Shown: positions 57,690-64,000 of the stretch, in pieces | How the letters are laid out: each line of letters begins with the position of its first letter | Position numbering within the stretch: position 1 is the first letter of the stretch | Assembly: GCF_009914755.1 (NCBI RefSeq) | Contig: NC_060925.1 | Origin: the human T2T-CHM13v2.0 reference genome, Homo sapiens | Reading direction: 5' to 3' (one strand) | Length of the DNA: 64,000 bases | Position numbers and translations under genes: made by a program | Notes under the pieces: generated by a model | The model's database searches: none | What the model was told of the DNA's origin: nothing | The model's input: only the letters and a program-made list of their open reading frames with translations

Positions 57690-59409
57690 ATGATCTTTAT
57701 AGTAAGAGGACATAAAACCCATTTTCTTAGCAAATTTTCAATATATAATGCAGTATTATTAACCATTAGCTATCAAGACTTATTCAACCCTTTCTCTGCT
57801 GCAATTTCTGCTGTTTTGGCATTTTGGTCTGTTACCACTCCATGGGCAATTGAACCCTGTGGGTGGGCCTGTATCAATCCTCCTGCCCTCAGTATCTCTG
57901 TAGGTGGAATGACAGGCCTGTACCACTGTGTCCTGCTCTTTTACAAAAGACTTGACATAAATGGTTATCACCTGAGTCTTGTATCTTTGGGAGATAGAAT
58001 GGGCTTACTTTTTAAGTAAATATTATTATGCATTTAATATCTATGTGATTTAATGGATAATTCAAATGGACTGAAAGTAGACATTTAAAAATATAAACCA
58101 AACAGCTCAGTTTTATTTATGTTCCTTATTCTAATCACTTCTTCCAGAATAAATCAAGTTGTGAACTACTTTATGCTTGCTTTTGTGGTTTCTGCTGAGA
58201 AAGTGTGAAATACTCCATTTCTACTTCCAGACCATTCTCAGGGAGAACAGGGGTATTTCAGGGTTCCCTTCTTCTCTGGATTTGTTGGGTAGGAGATGTA
58301 AGGGACTGCCACAGTGCTTCTCTGACACAGGCCACCCTGCCACAATCCTGGTGGTCCCCTGAAGATGATTCTGTCCTGAGATCCAGACGGCAGACTTCCT
58401 TTGTTTCATATGCCCAAGTCCATGTTAGTTTCTGTCTCATATCCCCCACATGTGTTTACAGGATCCCAGTGGGCAGTCTTGAGTCATGACCCATAAAGTC
58501 TTTCTTTCATACAGAAATCCTCTCAAAGCACCTCTACCTGCATCTAATAAGGATTCTTCCCTCCTCATTCAGCACAAATGTGTTTTGTCTTCTAAGGAAG
58601 ATATAAAACCAGTGCCTAGTGTGCACTAGATGTGGCATCTACTTTTATGTTCAAAGGCAGGGTTTTAAAGGTAAAGAAATTCTTTAGATTTTGAAATGCA
58701 AGAATATCAAAACATCTGTATTTGACTTTCAAGAAATTATTTTTGCTAGTAATATACACTACCTACCCTGATTAGATCATTATGTAACATATACTTAAAT
58801 AAAAACATGAAATTGAAACCCATAAATACATACAATAACAATGTATCAATTAATTAAATAAATGATTATTAAAAACATTTAAACATTTATAAAATTCCAA
58901 ATATTTTAAATGGACTAATGCTACTTTTTCAAGATAGAAGGCATATTTAATTTACTGTAAACCATGAAAAATTTGAGTACCTTTAAGGTACTCTTTTGCA
59001 TAAAAATTTAATTACTAAATATATTCTAGATATTATTATACCACAGTCAGTAGTAAGATCAGTTTTATTATCTATTTTCATAAGAGAAAATTGTTTTAAA
59101 ATTTAATGGGTATTTCTAGAAGAAAGGAAACAATATAAATATATATTTAAAATATGTTAAAGATAACTCCAATATGTGATATTTTAATAACTTCTACTTA
59201 CATGTTTTAATTAAATTAACCTAGTTCCATTTTCATGTTCTAGAATTTATTGCTAAAATAAGCTAAATTGGGAAAGAAATTAATATATACAGACACATCC
59301 TTGCTATAAATGCAGTGAATAACAACATAAAAAGTGTAGGATTTCATAAAGTATTAGAGACACAATTGCATTACCATAATCTGAATAAATATACTTGTTT
59401 CTTTCACCA

Positions 59410-59800
59410 CTGAGTTTCCCCTTGACATGCCTTGAAGCATCTAATTACACAATGAGAACTCATTTCTGAACCTTGGACTAAGGCCATCCTCTGTTATTAG
59501 TGACTCAGCCTAGAATGTCCAAAGTCTCAGTGGACAATCCCCAGTGAATACCAGCAAAACAACTGTTAATCTCATTCTCCAGGTAAAGAAGGACTGGATC
59601 ATGGTTTCTATGGAATCCGCATGAAGGTCTCTGAAATCTCATGTGTAGGGATGATCAATGAATGTATACATTTCTTTAAAAACCATTCAGAAATCTTGCT
59701 TAGAAAAATGACTTTGTTCATATGATGACTATACGACTGCTGGCAGCCAACAAAGGCAGTGCGTGTTTGAAATTGAGGAGATAATAAAAGGTACTGATTA
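59410..59800 (+). promoter_or_regulatory. Candidate OR2L promoter / first-exon block, copy C
   Basis: CTAATTA 59441, ATCCCCAGTGAA 59537, donor-like GT at 59583 and 59791. Confidence 0.5.
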
Positions 59801-62800
59801 TATTTGTATTTTAAAATTTTTATTGATCATAGGGAAGAAGAGACTCTGGCAAGCGCTTAAGAGAACTTTATTTCAGAAATCGAACTGAAGTTTGAGCACT
59901 AGTAATTGTACTTTCTGTTAAGAAAATTCAGCAGAAATTTTGGAGTATAGAATACAGACAACCAAAAGTGTTTTTGCCGCTAATTCATAAATGTGTTTCC
60001 CGGATTGGAAGGGAAATGATGATCAATGGAAGAGATAGGGCTAAATTATATTAAACTATGCTTTTTTGGGCTCAAGTGAAATTTAAAAACCCATATTCAC
60101 AATAATTATCATAGAGGGCAGCATTTCCTCATTTGTACTTGGTTGGTGATTTTTTGGTTTTGGTTTGATTTCTTTTGCCACAAGTGGTGAGTAATTAATT
60201 ATATGATGCTTATAATAATCTTATTGCTGTTTCTTACTTGCTATTTCACCTCATATGAATCCAGTATTTCCAAGGAAATATGTAGAAACAACTAGTGTTG
60301 TTTAAAAGTATTAGGAGGCCATTAAAGTAAAGACAGAATGAGAGTGGTTAAAATTACCAGTCTGTAGAGCAATGATATAGTTTTTAAAATAAAGGACCCT
60401 CTTCTGGCAATAAATAATTAAGGAAACCATATGATTAGTAGCTATGCTATGGGTATCCAAATTTTGTTTTTACACCCAATTTGTGACAAATTGTAGTGCT
60501 TTGTGCTTTTAAATTTTGCAATATATTTATTTTTTTCTTTTGGTACACAAGGTAAACTTCCAGTGAAATAATAGAAATATTATTTCTGCTTTAAGAACCA
60601 TGCAGTGGTTTTGTAAGAAGGAAATGAGCATAGTATGTGGAAACAATGTGAAGGCTATATTACTCTACAGTCATAGCAGATAACAAGTGTGTAAATGTAA
60701 GTGATAGTGATTATGTTGATGATGCCAGCAATGATAATGATGAAGATGCTGAAACTTGTAGATTCTCTTCAATGATACACCCAGTCAAGTAATACACGGT
60801 CACTATGTCACAGACAGCTCCTAATAACCCATGGATTATTCCCCCTGTTGTAATTATAAAATACAGGGTCAGACATTCAGCAACAAAAGCTTACATTTCT
60901 AGTAATTGTAAGAGCTAGGATTCCATTTGGTATTAAACCGAGTCTCTTTCCCATGAACTTACACAGTGAAGCAGACTAAGCACATCCTCATCCCAAAATA
61001 ACAGTCAAAGGATACTTCATACTCACTTTCATAATCACTTTCTGTCTATCCATGAAAATGTCTGTCTGCCCACTTACCTATGTATCTATCTATGAGAGCT
61101 GATGCACTATCGTGGACCTCAATGGTAGGTTGTGACTTGGAAGCACACATACACACAAGCAAATATTCACTTTATATTCTTCACTCCTTTACACCTTAAA
61201 GAGTTGTGGTTCTCCAAATTCATACCCTTCTCAACAATTAAAAATACATATTGTGTAAATATTAAATAAGATCAGTTATTCCTACGTCAGTTAAACACAA
61301 CATTATGTACTGTGTCTCTTCTTAGGAGAATCTATTGTGGAGGAACTTGAAGGAAGGAGGAATCTCCTGTAGGATTCCATGCCAGGATGCTGTGGAGAGC
61401 CGTCCTTGCCTATACTCCGGAGGACACTCTTCTGTGTCATCTGATTGACATTCTAGACAAGTGTTGTCAATGTGAAATAATTCTTACTATAGACATGCAG
61501 ATTCAGGTACAGACAGCTTGTTTTAAGGAATTCAGGCTGACTTACGAAGTCAATGACTTCACAGCTGTTCCAGTGAAACTGACCCTGTCACCTGTTTTAC
61601 CATTTCCTAGCCTTATCTGTTAGTAAGAAAGATCACTTTCTGGAAGTTTCAGAGTTTCAGAACTTTAGGATATTTCAGTTATCCCTTCAGAAGAGAGGAA
61701 GCAACCTAGATTTTTGCAAAATCTGGTAAAGTGTGGCTTGGATTTTGGAGGCTTTTAAAAGTTCAATCTGATTTCTTACAAAACTTCCAGCAAAGCCAAC
61801 TTGTACCCTTATCTCCCTTCCTATTTTTTTGGTAAATTCACACATTTTCTGTGCCTATGCAAATGATCATACCAACTTTAAGAGGAACAGCCATATTTTG
61901 TAATGAATAATGATTTCTCTTTGAGAATACTTTTCATCAAAACTGAGGAAAATATAGGGAAAATAAATCAGTGAGTGCCCCAAGGGAAAACTGCAGTATC
62001 TAGACACAAGAGAACCATCCTCCTTGGTTCCCAACTCTATCACTAGGTCTCTGTACTGTCATGAATAACGCTCTTCAAATCCTGTGATTCAGCTATTCTT
62101 CCTTATGATAATGAGACTATCACTGAAAAATCTTTGTCTTCTATGAATATGTGAATTACTTAAATTAGGCTATTTTAATTAGCTCATATTCAACTCTAAA
62201 TTGAAGGATAGGAAAAAATCTATGCAATTTAATGATACATTCTGACTTCAAAAGATAGTAATATGTAATTCACTTGCAACTTGGGCACCATTTGTAGAAT
62301 TGTAATTATTATGCTGAATATGTACATCCTCAACTTGATTTACACAGGAGATTACATGGGTATTTTTTTTGTAAGTGAATTATTCCAACAGATAAACTTT
62401 TATGTTGGGAACATGGTGGAAATTGTATTTCTTTTAGATTTTCTGAGAAATCTTCTTTCTTTGAAAATATGTATGATTGTTGCCTGGTCAAGGAAAGTAC
62501 AATAAAACCAGATAACATGAGGAAACATAAGAAGTTTAAATGATTGAATTTTAGCCATTAAAATAATCTTATTCGTGATATAAAAATCTTATTATTTCTC
62601 ATTTATTTAGCATCTATAATGATTATGTATTTCAGTAAATTTAACCTCTGTCTTTTATTTTTGTTGTGGGTAATTAAAAAGTGAGTCAGCCTTATTTCAG
62701 ATGTACTGCCTAAAAATATTTGGATAAACTAGACCACACATTTTTTTAAACGTGTATATAAATGTATATTTATATATGTAACATATATATTTATTTATAT

Positions 62801-63496
62801 GTTTTCATAGATATGTATGTGTGTATATAAACTTATGTATGTATGTGTGTGTTTGTGTAAATATAGGCATATGTGTGTTTGTGTGTGATGTAGAGAAGTT
62901 CACTTACAACCCCTGAATCTCAATTTTGTCATCTATAAAATGTCGGTGGTGATGTCAGTGTGAAGAGCTTGTTATTAGGATTAAATCTAATGGAATTATG
63001 GAAGAAATCCTGACATATTGCAAGTGCCAGTGTGTGGAGATAGTCAATAAAAGTTCATAATGTTATCGTTCCTTTCATGTATGATGCCTCCCGGGTTGAA
63101 GTTTTGCTTTTCCTAATCGCTGTGAAACTATCATCGGAATCTTTTCTCCTTGCTTTTTCATCTTTTGTATGACATCATTAATGCTGATGCCCAGGTATAT
63201 ACATTTTAGAAGAGTTATAAAAATAAAAGCAAGTGGAAGTGTTTTTAAATGGGCTTAAAATATTTACAGCTAATTCTGTGGATAAAAAATTAAGGGGCAC
63301 AAGTAACCTGTTTGGATTTATTTTTACATAAGAAAAAAATGTCCTCTTCACATTACTGAAACAGATGTATAATGGCTGAGACTGCTTCCTCATTAAAGAC
63401 AGGGATCTAATTTTATTTAAATAATGTTATATGGTAGAATTAGAACCCTGAAACATGAATAATCAAAGAGATGCTACACTGGTGTTCAAGAGATAT

Positions 63497-63980
63497 CGTA
63501 ACGTCACAAAATACGTCTCCTGCCACTCACCACTTGCAAAGTCATGTTAACAAGAGCAAGGTCTGGTAGAAAGAGACTTTTTCTTCCAAGCTTAGCTGAG
63601 GGGAAGCAGGACAGGCTTCTGCCTTATTGGGAAGTGCTTCCCCTTTCGGGGCAGTAGGCAGGGTCTTTTAATGGGGTCTTGGCGTGAATGACATGCAGGG
63701 GGTGAGGAGATGGGGGTCCAGTGATTTTCTTCTGATGTCTTTTCTACCCGGTGGTCTGGCTGGCACCATCGCAGGCAGAGCTGGGTTGTAAATTGAGACA
63801 GTCTCCTAGTGGGATGGAGTTCTGGGGTTGCCTGATTTGCTTCGTGATTCCGTCTCTAGAACTTCTAGGTAAACACAATGTCATACAAACTTGCCTTGTA
63901 GAATGTGTCTGGTGGGTAGAGTAAAGGATATATTTGCATTCCTAACCAGCTAAGAAGGAGGTGAGGGAGAAGGAAAAAAT
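63497..63980 (-). mobile_element. ERV-type LTR, paralog of 29780-30270
   Basis: Long identical runs shared with 29870-30060. Confidence 0.55.
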
Positions 63981-64000
63981 ACATTCGTATCGAGACCATC

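Larger units (their letters stand above)
57780..63985 (+). repeat. OR2L tandem duplicon copy C (upstream region of the next OR2L gene, outside the window)
   Basis: Collinear with 24300-30270 and 42165-47830. Confidence 0.9.

Noticed and set aside
63989-64000. atcgagaccatc, possible start of a truncated AluY
   Set aside because: Only 12 nt are visible at the window edge.

Overview
Primate (human-like) genomic DNA from an olfactory-receptor cluster. I recognise it as the 1q44 OR2L/OR2AK region. It holds one intact OR gene (OR2AK2, + strand, 11373-12380) and three OR2L-family pseudogenes (+ strand, starting at 20787, 36312 and 49179). The names OR2L9P, OR2L1P and OR2L6P come from remembered gene order and spacing, not from a search. 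Most of 20.5-64 kb is three diverged copies of a tandem OR2L duplicon: A ~22-37 kb, B ~37.3-50 kb, and C from 57.8 kb to the edge, whose coding exon should lie just beyond the window. Each copy carries a conserved promoter/non-coding-exon block. The rest is transposon-derived: one full-length but dead L1PA (995-7129, minus), several truncated or rearranged L1s, four Alus, MER41, LTR12, MLT1 and other LTRs, MER44/Tigger DNA transposons and a Y3 RNA retrocopy. Nearly all other ORFs in the track are L1/Alu fragments or noise. I cannot show a new biological system. The most unusual unexplained structures lie upstream of OR2AK2: an L1 antisense promoter facing the gene, a ~680-bp segment bracketed by 51-bp near-perfect inverted repeats, and a MER41 LTR with two intact GAS motifs. 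Other points of note: an OR2L pseudogene one base from intact, several complex retrotransposon junctions at duplicon boundaries, and a 45-bp fold-back hairpin. Repeat subfamily names are by recognition, not RepeatMasker.
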